Positions 1 through 11,641 are shown, counted from the first letter of the whole stretch. The stretch: 63,538 nt of DNA, filler included, from Octopus bimaculoides (GCF_001194135.2; 7 parts of 7 records of this genome joined end to end with filler, not necessarily neighbours in it); one strand, 5' to 3'. Notes: generated from the sequence alone by a model not told the origin. Numbers and translations are program-made.

Positions 1-719
1 ATATATACTGTGTGTCCACTCCAAAAATGTATGTACACACTGAATAATTGTAAAGTGAGCGTATATTAAAATGCGTTTCATTTTCCAGATTTAATAGAAT
101 CTACAGACAGGATTAAAATTTTTTTAAGGGTGGCTGTTTTGGAACTGCTGACCATTCCAGTCCAGGCATTGTTGATGGCCTGAAACAATGGAATCGCAAA
201 CATCAAGAAACATTTTGCTCGATATTTCTGCACGTTGTCATTCAACGGCCGCCCTCGATTCGTCGACTGTCACCCGTTTTTATCGTAAACTTTATCGTTT
301 AAGTATCTCCATAAAAAAAAAAAATTCTGTTAGTGTGAGGTCCGGTGAATGCTGCGGGTAATCTGCTGAACCTCTTCGTCCAGTCCTCCAATTTGGTAAA
401 ATCTTATCAAGGTAGGCCCTTACATTACTATAGTAGAGTGGGGTTCCCCCATCTTGCTGGAAATAAAACTCCACATCATCAAAATCCTCTTGAATGCTTA
501 GCATAACAGATTTCTGCAGCAAGTTCAAATACATAAGGCCAGCCACATAGTATCGACAAAAAAGAATGGTCCAGTTAATCCCTTTCATGATAAGCCGCAC
601 CATTCTGTAACTCCTGGTAAATTAACAAGTTGTTCCTCTATAATAAGCCGACTCTCAAATTCCCATTCGATGAAATTATGGTGATTAATTGAGCCACTTA
701 ATTTAAAGTGCCCTGATGA

Positions 720-1225
720 ACTTTCTTTCTTGGTTCCAGATCACTTTGTACCATTTCATCGGACTCGAAGCTCACAACGTCTTCTTCCAAATGCTGTTGT
801 GCTTCCATAAATAAAGAAGTCTTTTTTTTCCCTCGAACTACCAGAATTTGGAACTCTCTTTCATTACATTGTTTTCCTACTTCTTCTTATGACCTGAACT
901 CTTTCAAGTCTAAATTAAATTCGTTCCTTTCGTCTTAATTTCTTTTTCTTCATATTCCCTCTTATAATCCTTTTAATGTTGGATTATTATAATGCCACTT
1001 CGGCATACCGTATACTTAGTAAAACTAGTTAAGACACGAGTAGGTTGTCAGAGTGACCGCCTACAATGTACTCCCGTACTTTACCTACTTCTATTTACAG
1101 TCACTAGGTTATTCTATTCGTTACGTGGGAGGGGTGTACCATTATTACTAATTCCCTACAACAGACCCTTACACTAAATGGCTTCTCAGCTTGTTTGAGA
1201 CTTTCTGATAAATAAATAAATAAAA
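720..1225 (+). mobile_element. 5'-truncated LINE 3' end (CR1/L2/Jockey group) inserted in the DD41D transposase
   Basis: Translates SFFPRTTRIWNSLSLHCFPTSSYDLNSFKSKLN (~820-930), typical of LINE ORF2 C-termini. It is followed by a UTR ending in (ATAA)n at 1207-1225. Transposase frames resume on both sides. Confidence 0.65.
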
Positions 1226-1469
1226 ACAATGTAGGTCCTTCGCCTCAAAAAGCTTTGTTGGAAAGCGTGCATCTTCTACCCATCTTAAAGCTCCACTCTT
1301 CTGTCCGGATCATCTTCATTAAAAGCATGGACTATCTTTAGAATGTAATTTTTCTAAGCGACTGCTTCCAAATGCAATGGAAGCTTTGGATTTTGAAATC
1401 CCCATCTCTCACGTCTCACTCACCACAGATTTTCTTGAAAACTAGCGACACATTTCCAGCAACCTTTCT

Positions 1470-1826
1470 GGCGATCTTTCGATACCAATACCAAATATCG
1501 GCCTTTTCCGTAAAAAGCGTCTTCGGCGATCTTTACCAAAGATCGGCCTTTTCCGTAAAAAGTGTTGGAGGGAAAGAGGGAAACGACGTCGTAAAAAGCG
1601 AAAGAGATACAGAGAGCGCGATTTCTTTTGAAGGGTTTAGGGTTACGGTTAGGGTTTGGGTTTTGGGGTTTGGGTTAGGGAATTCCGTCCCTAACCGTAA
1701 CACTAACCCTAACCCTAAAACCCTAACCCTGACCCTAATACGGAAAAGGCCGGTCTTTGGTAAAGATCGCCGAAGACACTTTTTACGGAAAAGGCCGATA
1801 TTTGGTACTGGTATCGAAAGATCACC
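1470..1826. mobile_element. Merlin-like MITE 1 with internal head-to-head telomeric repeats
   Basis: ~88-bp terminal inverted repeats (TIRs) at 1470-1557 and 1739-1826 starting GGCGA/GGTGA. Exact 8-bp TSD ACCTTTCT at 1462-1469 and 1827-1834. TTAGGG-like then CCCTAA-like repeats at ~1633-1737. Confidence 0.85.
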
Positions 1827-4338
1827 ACCTTTCTTGTTTTGTGAGTCCTGTCGATATTTGCGCTCTTGCTGAACGTTTCTTGTGAACATCCTCATCAGTT
1901 CCATCTGCTTCAGACTTTTCTCTAATTCGAATGACGGAAAGTTACGTAGGTGGATCCGTTTGAAGCTCCCTCCTAGACTGTCTTCACACTCCGACAGCAT
2001 TTCCAAACTTCCAGTAACACTTCAGGATAAATTTCCTTTGTTCAGAGCATAGTGTGGCTTCATTCATTATTTCTAATGGCTTAAATCTAAAAAAGAAATG
2101 AAAATTAAGTGCGTTATCAGCAATTGAAGTGAATATACAGACGTTTTTTTTNNNNNNNNNNNNNNNNNNNNNNNNNNNNNNNNNNNNNNNNNNNNNNNNN
2201 NNNNNNNNNNNNNNNNNNNNNNNNNNNNNNNNNNNNNNNNNNNNNNNNNNNNNNNNNNNNNNNNNNNNNNNNNNNNNNNNNNNNNNNNNNNNNNNNNNNN
2301 NNNNNNNNNNNNNNNNNNNNNNNNNNNNNNNNNNNNNNNNNNNNNNNNNNNNNNNNNNNNNNNNNNNNNNNNNNNNNNNNNNNNNNNNNNNNNNNNNNNN
2401 NNNNNNNNNNNNNNNNNNNNNNNNNNNNNNNNNNNNNNNNNNNNNNNNNNNNNNNNNNNNNNNNNNNNNNNNNNNNNNNNNNNNNNNNNNNNNNNNNNNN
2501 NNNNNNNNNNNNNNNNNNNNNNNNNNNNNNNNNNNNNNNNNNNNNNNNNNNNNNNNNNNNNNNNNNNNNNNNNNNNNNNNNNNNNNNNNNNNNNNNNNNN
2601 NNNNNNNNNNNNNNNNNNNNNNNNNNNNNNNNNNNNNNNNNNNNNNNNNNNNNNNNNNNNNNNNNNNNNNNNNNNNNNNNNNNNNNNNNNNNNNNNNNNN
2701 NNNNNNNNNNNNNNNNNNNNNNNNNNNNNNNNNNNNNNNNNNNNNNNNNNNNNNNNNNNNNNNNNNNNNNNNNNNNNNNNNNNNNNNNNNNNNNNNNNNN
2801 NNNNNNNNNNNNNNNNNNNNNNNNNNNNNNNNNNNNNNNNNNNNNNNNNNNNNNNNNNNNNNNNNNNNNNNNNNNNNNNNNNNNNNNNNNNNNNNNNNNN
2901 NNNNNNNNNNNNNNNNNNNNNNNNNNNNNNNNNNNNNNNNNNNNNNNNNNNNNNNNNNNNNNNNNNNNNNNNNATATCACGGTGTTTTCTCACGTGAACT
3001 AAAATCTCATAATTAGCTGAATCAACAGAAAAAAACAACAAACAAACAAACATACACGTAATATAAACGTGCGCGCACGCACGCACACGTACACACACAC
3101 ACGTACACACACACACACACGTACTTCACTCCGTAATGACACTTAACAGGGGCAATATAATTCTGACGTCTTGACGACTGAGTTTTTTTTTGTTTGTTTG
3201 TGTTTTTACATAATAATGGCTCTGAACTTACAGCAGATGTGATTAAAAGACCTTCGTACAGCACGCACGCGCACACACACATTATACATATATATATATT
3301 ATATATATTATATATGTGTTTGAAGTCGAAAGCCATCGGAAATTGTGTCTGTCTAATATGAAAATAGTAGCCATTTATGGAATTACATACACTACACCGA
3401 CCATTAAATTAGCAATTTTGTAACGAAGTAGATATTATTTACTTTTTTTTTATATCTTATGTATGTATGTATGTATGTATATATATGTATATATGAATGT
3501 ATACATGAGCAGGCACACACACACAGACACACACGCACGCAGACATATGTATATACACATATCTGTATCATACTACAATGTGACGGCTAAGGAATGAACG
3601 ATCATCTTATTAACTTCATTGGCTTACGGCTGTTTCTGTTATAGGATGCAGTGCACTCATAGTTGAGTACCTGGGTAACACCTTATAGCTTCATCGGAAC
3701 CTCGTATATCTGAATAGATTTCGTATGGTCGTGTGTGCATATATATATATATATATANNNNNNNNNNNNNNNNNNNNNNNNNNNNNNNNNNNNNNNNNNN
3801 NNNNNNNNNNNNNNNNNNNNNNNNNNNNNNNNNNNNNNNNNNNNNNNNNNNNNNNNNNNNNNNNNNNNNNNNNNNNNNNNNNNNNNNNNNNNNNNNNNNN
3901 NNNNNNNNNNNNNNNNNNNNNNNNNNNNNNNNNNNNNNNNNNNNNNNNNNNNNNNNNNNNNNNNNNNNNNNNNNNNNNNNNNNNNNNNNNNNNNNNNNNN
4001 NNNNNNNNNNNNNNNNNNNNNNNNNNNNNNNNNNNNNNNNNNNNNNNNNNNNNNNNNNNNNNNNNNNNNNNNNNNNNNNNNNNNNNNNNNNNNNNNNNNN
4101 NNNNNNNNNNNNNNNNNNNNNNNNNNNNNNNNNNNNNNNNNNNNNNNNNNNNNNNNNNNNNNNNNNNNNNNNNNNNNNNNNNNNNNNNNNNNNNNNNNNN
4201 NNNNNNNNNNNNNNNNNNNNNNNNNNNNNNNNNNNNNNNNNNNNNNNNNNNNNNNNNNNNNNNNNNNNNNNNNNNNACATGTAGATGTAGGTATGTACAT
4301 ACATGTACGTATATATGCATATACTTATTTATTATTTG

Positions 4339-4382
<44 letters not shown>

Positions 4383-4384
<2 letters not shown>

Positions 4385-4585
4385 CTTTAGACTGCAGCCA
4401 TACTGGAGCATCGCCTTGCCTGAAGATTTTAGTCGAGCAAATTTACCCCAGCTAGTACTTACCTAGTACTTATTCTATCATTCTCTGTTTGCCGAACCGC
4501 TAGTTTTACAGGGACGTAAACACACCAACACTTGTTGTCAAGCGGTAGTGGGGGGGGAGGCAGACACAAACACAGAGACACTCGC
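4383..4585 (-). mobile_element. tRNA-derived SINE family A, 3' portion
   Basis: Reverse complement of the family A tail (gacgtaaacacaccaaca, gccgaaccgc, tggagcatcgcc) seen in the full copies at 4967 and 41061. Confidence 0.75.
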
Positions 4586-4589
4586 ACAG

Positions 4590-4960
4590 CATTCCTGTAC
4601 CAGCACCTACAAATTTAGCATCTGATTCAGCCTCTATCCATCCATTACTCGTTAATACGGCACCCGGGATTACTTGAACTTCTCACCTTGTCTTAGTGAT
4701 GTTCCATTAACATGCAGAATGGACTAGGAAGACTTTTTGGTGCTAATGCAGTATGCAGTCTACCACGATTTCAAACAGAGTTACCTACTTATCTTTCAGA
4801 TATTTCCAGATATTTCTGAGGTAAAAAAAAACATCAGATATTTCAGAGATCATTTTGTTTTCAGAATCATAGTTTTAGCATCTAACCATGATCACTCAAT
4901 AGCCTGAGTGTCCCTGCTTTGCCAATTCTCCGCATGGAAACTTCATGACTCCGATACTAC
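4590..4960 (-). pseudogene. Degraded RTE-type LINE reverse-transcriptase C-terminal fragment
   Basis: Minus strand gives EKFK, then after a frameshift GAVLTSNGWIEAESDAKFVGAGT, resembling RTE (EKFKYLGxxxTSDG...EIDARI). Heavily mutated. Confidence 0.45.
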
Positions 4961-4966
4961 GAACCC

Positions 4967-5378
4967 AGCGTGGCTGTGTGGTAAGAAGTTTGCTTCTCGA
5001 CCACATGGTTCCGGGTTCAGTCCCACTGCGTAGCACCTTGGGCAAGTGTCTTCTACTATAGCCTCGGGTCGACTAAAGCCTTGTGAGTGGATTTGGAAGG
5101 CGGAAACTGGAAGAAGCCAGTCGTATGTGTTGTGTGTGTGTGTGTGTGTGTATGTGTTTGTCCCCCCACCACTGCTTGAAAACTGGTGTTGGTGTGTTTA
5201 CATCCCCGTGACAATAGCGGTTCGACAAAAAGAGACCGATAGAATAAGTACCAGGCATTAAAAAGAAAATATAAGTTCTGAGGTCGATTTGATTGACTAA
5301 AAAAAAACCTTCAAGGCGATACCCCAGCATGGCCACAGTCAAATGATTGAAGCAAGAAAAAGAAAAGAAAAGAAAAAG
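4967..5378 (+). mobile_element. tRNA-derived SINE family A, full length
   Basis: Pol III A/B-box-like head (tggctgtgtggtaaga...ggttccgggttcagtccc), CORE-like ccttgggcaagtgtctt, internal (GT)n spacer and an (AAAAG)n tail. Many copies in the window. Confidence 0.85.
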
Positions 5379-5626
5379 AGGTTAAGAACATGATTCGTTT
5401 ACCTGATACAGGTACAAATTAGTTCAATTCTGAAGCAGAATATGTTTAATCTGTATTAATTCGCTTAAAATTCTTAAAATACGTCATTCTGTATCATGTA
5501 TGCAGTATAATGTTTATAGGAGGCAAAATAAACAAAGAAAACCAAAGAGATATCATTTGACCTATGCTTACATCTAGAAATTGTCTGGAACAACAACTAT
5601 ATATTTGTGTGTTGTGGACTTTTTTT

Positions 5627-6200
5627 GGATCTTTTTTAAAACGGGGGCCACATTTTTCATTAACGAAACACTTTGAAACTTGGAACACTGGTAGAATGTG
5701 TCATATAAAACATCTTTTTCTCTTAGTCTTCTTTAAAAAAAAAGAAATCCATAAGTTATTCCATGTTAAAGTTGTCGTATTTCTGTAATTTCAACCAATC
5801 ACTGACGTCCATTCAGCCGATATACATTAAGTGCCGACTACATAAACAAACGATTCTGAAACAATTAACCCTAACCCTAACCCTAACCGTAGGGTTAGGG
5901 TTAGGGTTAAAGCAAATTTAAAATGAAAAAAGCAAATAAAACGAAGGTATGGAGATTAAGTACGCTTTATATCGCTTAATCAGTCAAAGGAGTAAATATA
6001 AACAACTGAATACTTGTCAGTGATTGGTTGAAATTATCGAAATAAGACAATTTTTTACATGAAATAAATTCGAATACAAAAATATTTTTCTGTTCTATAA
6101 CACAAAATAGATAAGTATACGAAGTTTGAAAGTCTTTCCGTACCAAAAACACTACGTAAAACATTAATGAAAAATGTGGCCCCCGTTTTAAAAAAGATCC
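5627..6200. mobile_element. Merlin-like MITE 2, nested foldback with central telomeric palindrome
   Basis: 39-bp TIRs (GGATCTTTTTTAAAACGGGGGCCACATTTTTCATTAA; 5627-5665 and 6162-6200, 1 mismatch). 8-bp TSD CTTTTTTT at 5619-5626 and 6201-6208. Inner ~32-bp inverted repeat (~5776-5806 / ~6016-6047). Central (CCCTAA)3...(GGGTTA)3 at 5865-5910. Confidence 0.85.
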
Positions 6201-6273
6201 CTTTTTTTTTATTTGGGAGAGATTTTAATTATTGGAGCAGTGGTGGTGGTGGTGGTCGTCGTCGTCTTTGTCG

Positions 6274-6310
<37 letters not shown>

Positions 6311-6749
6311 AATGATAACTAAGGTGGTGGTGGTGGTGGTAATAGTGACGTGGATGATGGTAATGATGACGAGGAAGGAGAGGAGGAGGAGAAGGAGGAG
6401 CAGACAGATCAATCCAAGACACGAAATGCAATTCTGACTCCTAACAAAGAACACGATGTGATGTGGTAAGTTTAGAAAAAAATTTTTTTCCAAAGATAGA
6501 ACGTGAAGAATATATACAATGGCCACAGTTCGATGGTTTTTGACCCGTTTATTGGCTCTCAGCATCGCCTTTTCTTTTATTCTTCTATTGAATCATTCGA
6601 CCGTTGACACGTTGAGGTACCGCCTTCACGTGAGGGTTTAATCGACCAAATCTACCCTATTACTTTAGACACATTTTCTTTTGGCTTGGCACATATTCTA
6701 TCAAATTCCTTTGGGGGCCATTTTTATTATTTTTTTTGACGGGTGTAAG

Positions 6750-7085
6750 GACAAACAGCTAAGTTACGGAGGCGTAAACAAACCAACACCGTTTGTGAAG
6801 CGAACTTATATACTTTTTACTTATATATTCTTTTTATCTGATATCTGATATCTATTCTCGTCTCCACATTTTCGTTGCCAAACAGCCAAGTAACGGGGAT
6901 GTAAACAAACCAACGCCGGTTACGAAGCGAATTTGTATACTTGTTACTTATATATTCTTTTAGTCTGACCCTTATTCTGCCCTCCCCACTCTTTTGTTGC
7001 CAAACAGCCAAGTAACGGGGATGTAAACAAACCAACGCCGGTTACGAAGCGAATTTGTATACTTGTTACTTATATATTCTTTTAN
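6750..7085. repeat. ~122-127-bp tandem repeat built from a SINE A tail segment, running into a gap
   Basis: Motif ccaaacagccaagtaacggggatgtaaacaaaccaacgccggtt recurs at ~6878 and ~7000, with a diverged copy at ~6751. Confidence 0.75.
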
Positions 7086-7718
7086 NNNNNNNNNNNNNNN
7101 NNNNNNNNNNNNNNNNNNNNNNNNNNNNNNNNNNNNNNNNNNNNNNNNNNNNNNNNNNNNNNNNNNNNNNNNNNNNNNNNNNNNNNNNNNNNNNNNNNNN
7201 NNNNNNNNNNNNNNNNNNNNNNNNNNNNNNNNNNNNNNNNNNNNNNNNNNNNNNNNNNNNNNNNNNNNNNNNNNNNNNNNNNNNNNNNNNNNNNNNNNNN
7301 NNNNNNNNNNNNNNNNNNNNNNNNNNNNNNNNNNNNNNNNNNNNNNNNNNNNNNNNNNNNNNNNNNNNNNNNNNNNNNNNNNNNNNNNNNNNNNNNNNNN
7401 NNNNNNNNNNNNNNNNNNNNNNNNNNNNNNNNNNNNNNNNNNNNNNNNNNNNNNNNNNNNNNNNNNNNNNNNNNNNNNNNNNNNNNNNNNNNNNNNNNNN
7501 NNNNNNNNNNNNNNNNNNNNNNNNNNNNNNNNNNNNNNNNNNNNNNNNNNNNNNNNNNNNNNNNNNNNNNNNNNNNNNNNNNNNNNNNNNNNNNNNNNNN
7601 NNNNNNNNNNNNNNNNNNNNNNNNNNNNNNNNNNNNNNNNNNNNNNNNNNNNNNNNNNNNNNNNNNNNNNNNNNNNNNNNNNNNNNNNNNNNNNNNNNNN
7701 NNNNNNNNNNNNNNNNNT

Positions 7719-8078
7719 TTCAGATTAACACCCGCACGATTTTCACTAGGGTGTTAAGGTTAGGGTTTTAGGGTTAGGGTTTTAGGGTCGGGGTTAGGGT
7801 TTTAGGGTTAGGATTAGGGGTTAGTGTTAGGGTTAGTGTTAGGGTTAGGGTTTTAGGGTTAGTGTTAGGGTTAGGGTTTTAGGGTTAGGGTTAGGGTTAG
7901 GGTTTTAGGGTTAGGGTTTTAGGCTTAGGGTTTAGGGTTAGGGTTAGTTTTTAGGGTTACGGTTTTAGGGTCAGGGTTAGGGTTTTAGGGTTAGGGTTTA
8001 GGGTTAGTGTTAGGGTTAAGTTTAGGGTTTTAGGCTTAGGGTTAGGTAATCGTTCGGGTGTTAATCTGAAAAATTACC
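7719..8078. mobile_element. Merlin-like MITE 3 filled with a ~290-bp TTAGGG/TTTTAGGG array (left end lost in gap)
   Basis: TTCAGATTAACACCCGCACGATT (7719-7741) is the near-perfect inverse of AATCGTTCGGGTGTTAATCTGAA (8048-8070). The right end continues AAATTACC, i.e. a GGTAA terminus. The interior is a telomeric variant array. Confidence 0.75.
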
Positions 8079-8429
8079 CAAAAAACTCACACACATACAC
8101 ATCTACGTGTGTGTGTATGCATGTATGTATGTATAGATAGATAGATAGATGTGTGTGTATACACGCACGAACACACAGACGTGCACACGATGGTCTGCTG
8201 CCAGCTGTGTGTAGACAGTGCAATGAGGTGTGTATGCTAGACAAACTGACATTAAACGTCCATCAATAAATCCGGTGCATAAACTGTGCACTGCAAACTG
8301 CACAGCAACAGCAGTTGCAGACACAAAGACACTAACCTTTTTTTTTTATTTGTTTCATTGATGATTGGTTATAATTGTACTGGAATGGTACAACGTGGTG
8401 ATGGTGGTGGCGGCGGCGGTGGTGGCGTA

Positions 8430-8471
<42 letters not shown>

Positions 8472-8680
8472 GATTAAAAAAATCTCTCTCTCGTTTTCCT
8501 TATCCCTCACTTTCTCTCATTCTCCCTATCTCTCTCTCTCTCTCATTCTTCTCCTCTCTCTCTTTCTCCCCTCTCTCTCTTTCTCCCCTCTCTCTCTCTC
8601 TCTCTCTCTCTCTCAGTCACACACACACATACACAAACGCATATATTCCTGCATTTCAAGTCATGCCCACATACTGTCTC

Positions 8681-8717
<37 letters not shown>

Positions 8718-8773
8718 TCTCTCACAGTCACACACATACATACACAAACGCACACATTCCTGCATTTCAAATC

Positions 8774-8819
<46 letters not shown>

Positions 8820-8976
8820 CATTTCAAATCTCTCTTTCTCTCTCTCTCTCATATACACACACAAACACACACATTGTTTCAATTCTTTATCTATCTATCT
8901 CTGTCTCTCTCTCTCTCTAACACACACACACACACATACACAAACACACGTATACACACATACACATACATACAAT

Positions 8977-9192
8977 GGCGGCGAGCTGGCGGAAACGTTA
9001 GCACGCCGGGCGAAATGCTTAGCCGTATTTCGTCTGCCGCTACGTTCTGAGTTCAAATTCCGCCGAGGTCGACTTTGCCTTTCATCCTTTCGGGGTCGAT
9101 TAAATAAGTACCAGTTACGCACTGGGGTCGATATAATCGACTTAATCCGTGTTTGTCCCCTCTGTGTGTAGCCCCTTGTGGGTAGTAAAGAA

Positions 9193-9195
<3 letters not shown>
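8977..9195 (+). mobile_element. tRNA-derived SINE family C, full length
   Basis: GGCGGCGAGCTGGCGGAAACGTTAGC head, gagttcaaattccgccgaggtcgactttgcctttcatcctttcggggtcgat body. More than 10 copies in the window. Confidence 0.85.
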
Positions 9196-9228
<33 letters not shown>

Positions 9229-9371
9229 TGTCTTAAGCCAGTAACAGCAACAAACCACCATGGGTAACCTCTATGTAGTCACACATGCTAGAAACACCAG
9301 CTAAATCTCACTCAAATCTCACTTGACCATTTTCTGAAAAAAATGTCTTGGCTATATGTCTACCAGATACA

Positions 9372-9777
9372 GACTGACCTGGGGCTAAACAACAAGAACA
9401 AGGGAGGACACATTAGACAATGTAGTCCTAGATACACTATGTCTGAATAAAAGACAGGATGGTCACAGCTGGAACATCACTGATCACAGGTCTGCTGGAT
9501 CAGACCTGGCTTGGGGCAAAACAACAGCACTAAGGAAGGACACATTTGACAATGTAGTCCTAGATAGACTATGCCTGAATAAAAGGCAGGATGGTCACAG
9601 CTGGAACATCACTGATCACAGTTCTGCCTGATCAGGACTGACCTGGGGCTAAACAACAGCACTAAGGAAGGACACATTTGACAATGTAGTCCTAGATAGA
9701 CTATGCCTGAATAAAAGGCAGGATGGTCACAGCTGGAACATCTTTGATCATAGGTCTGCTGGATCAGGACTGACCTG
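9372..9777 (+). repeat. Tandem array, ~3 copies of a 132-bp unit
   Basis: aatgtagtcc at 9419, 9551 and 9683; each unit ends gacctggggctaaacaac. Confidence 0.9.
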
Positions 9778-11641
9778 AAAGTAAATGTCATCGTCATCAT
9801 CATCATCATCGTCCTCGCTGCTGGCACCACCACCGTCATCATCATCATCATCTTCACCATCATCATCATCATCATCTTCACCATCATCATCATCATCATC
9901 GTCATTATTAAAACAGCAAATAGCTCCAAGCTGTTTGAATAGCTAGACAGACAGACACTCACACACACACACACACACACACACAAATCTCTGGAGTTTA
10001 TTGAAGAAGTTTTAGGTTCCATATGATTACTTTTAGCACTGTTGTTGATGGTGGTGGTTGTGGTAGTGGTTGTGGGGAGGGGTGCTGCTCATGCTGGGAG
10101 GAGGGGCTGTGGTGGTGGTGGCAGTGGTTGTGGGGACGGGGGTGCTGCTGTTTCTGGTGATAATGATGATGGTGGTAATGATGAAGGTGGCAGCAGGGGC
10201 TGGGGAGTAGGGGCAGTGGTGGTGGTGGGACGATTGTGATGATGATAACGATGCCAGTGATGATGATGGTGGTGGTGGTGGTGCTTCTACTGCTGCTGGT
10301 ACTGATGATGATGATGAGGAGGAGGAGGAGGAGGATGCTGATATAGTTGTATAGCCCCAGGCCAGCTCTGATCCACAAGTCCCATACCGGGCAGATTAAT
10401 TGACCAAAACAACCAAACACAACTCACAGCTTTCATCAGTCGTGTCTCCACCGACCCGAACACTACTGCACTGCACAGTTCAACATGCAGTGATGCATCA
10501 TATGACGTGCAGTGTTGCAGTATAGACATGTAGCACTCTCTCCACTGCCCTGTCAGTTTCTGTACAAAGGCTGTTGTTTGAAAGGCAGTCAAGGTGCACT
10601 TAGTCACAACACATCACTCATTGCTGCCATATACCTATTAAAAGTGATATAAACCCCTTCACAATATCAGGGCCCAGTGACCCTGTTTAAATTGGGGCTG
10701 TTTCTAACTTTTATCTTTTAGCTTTTATTTGTGTGGTTATCGACGTTAACTTTTTGGTTAACAGATTAACAGTTAACATTTCAGTTAACGATGCCCACCT
10801 TTGTATATGTAAATGCATGTGTATTAATGTCTGTTTAGAAGGTGGTGGGTGGAGGCGCAATGGCCCAGTGGTTAGGGCAGCGGACTTCGCAGTGGTGTTG
10901 TGAAGTGTTGTTAGGATGGTGTTGTATTAATGTGGTGGGGGTGGTGGGGAGTTGTTGCTTTTGTTTAACCCTAGGTCAATCCATCTGAGTACCTTACCTG
11001 TTTTTGATGTTGTCATTGTTGTTGTTCCAACCAAAATTCTTGGAATAGTGAAGTTCTTATTTAACCTTCTGGCAGTTTTTCAACGAAGTCTCTTAGAGAT
11101 TGGTGCAGGAGAGGGTAGCGGAACGGAGTGAAGGTTACTGTTGCTATGGTAGCTTAGTAGTGGAAAGGTGGGATGGGTGGGTGCGACTGGAGGTGGAGGA
11201 ACCACTTTAGGATATATTTAACAGTGATGTCTTTACTCTTACCCTTCCCCCAACTCATAGGGATCTATCACTTTCTATCTGTCTGCCTGTCTGTCTCCCT
11301 GTTTGTCTGTCTCTCTGTTTGCCCATTTGTCTGTCTCTGTCTCCTTGTCTGTGTCTCTGTTCGTCTGTCTGTTTGTCTGTCTGTCTCTGTCCTTTTTCTG
11401 TCTGTCTGATTCTCTTTCTTTCTCTCTCCTGCTTTCTCTCTCTCTCTCTCTCTTTCTCTCTCACCCCTGAAAGAGCAGACAAAGGAGCCTCAATGTTACA
11501 AACTGTAGCCAAATATCTTACACATCACGCCCTACCATCTCAGTGAAAAAGGAAGGCCATATTCGATAATATAACTCATGAATGACAAAAAACTATGGAT
11601 TAATGTATGATATTTTCTGACTAGATGTGTTTAATAGAGAT

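Larger units (their letters stand above)
9..2110 (-). mobile_element. Decayed Tc1/mariner transposon (DD41D/rosa-like, DUF4817-type N-terminus), split by two nested insertions
   Basis: Minus-strand frames give MNEATLCSEQRKFILKCYWKF (ATG at 2067), KIVHAFNEDDPDRRVE (~1290-1330), GHFKLSGSINHHN...NLPGVTEWCGLS*KGLTGPFFF (~570-715) and FYFQQDGG...SPDLTLTE, with 41 residues between the second D and the final acidic residue. A TA followed by CTGTGTGTCC at 7-18 resembles a terminal repeat. Many stops and frameshifts; the far end is approximate. Confidence 0.85.

Noticed and set aside
1533-2006. 157-aa and 166-aa ORFs overlapping MITE 1
   Set aside because: They are read-through of the stop-poor palindromic MITE plus out-of-frame transposase remnant.
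7750-8045. TTAGGG array as a true chromosome end
   Set aside because: It is short, degenerate, internal and bounded by inverted repeats.
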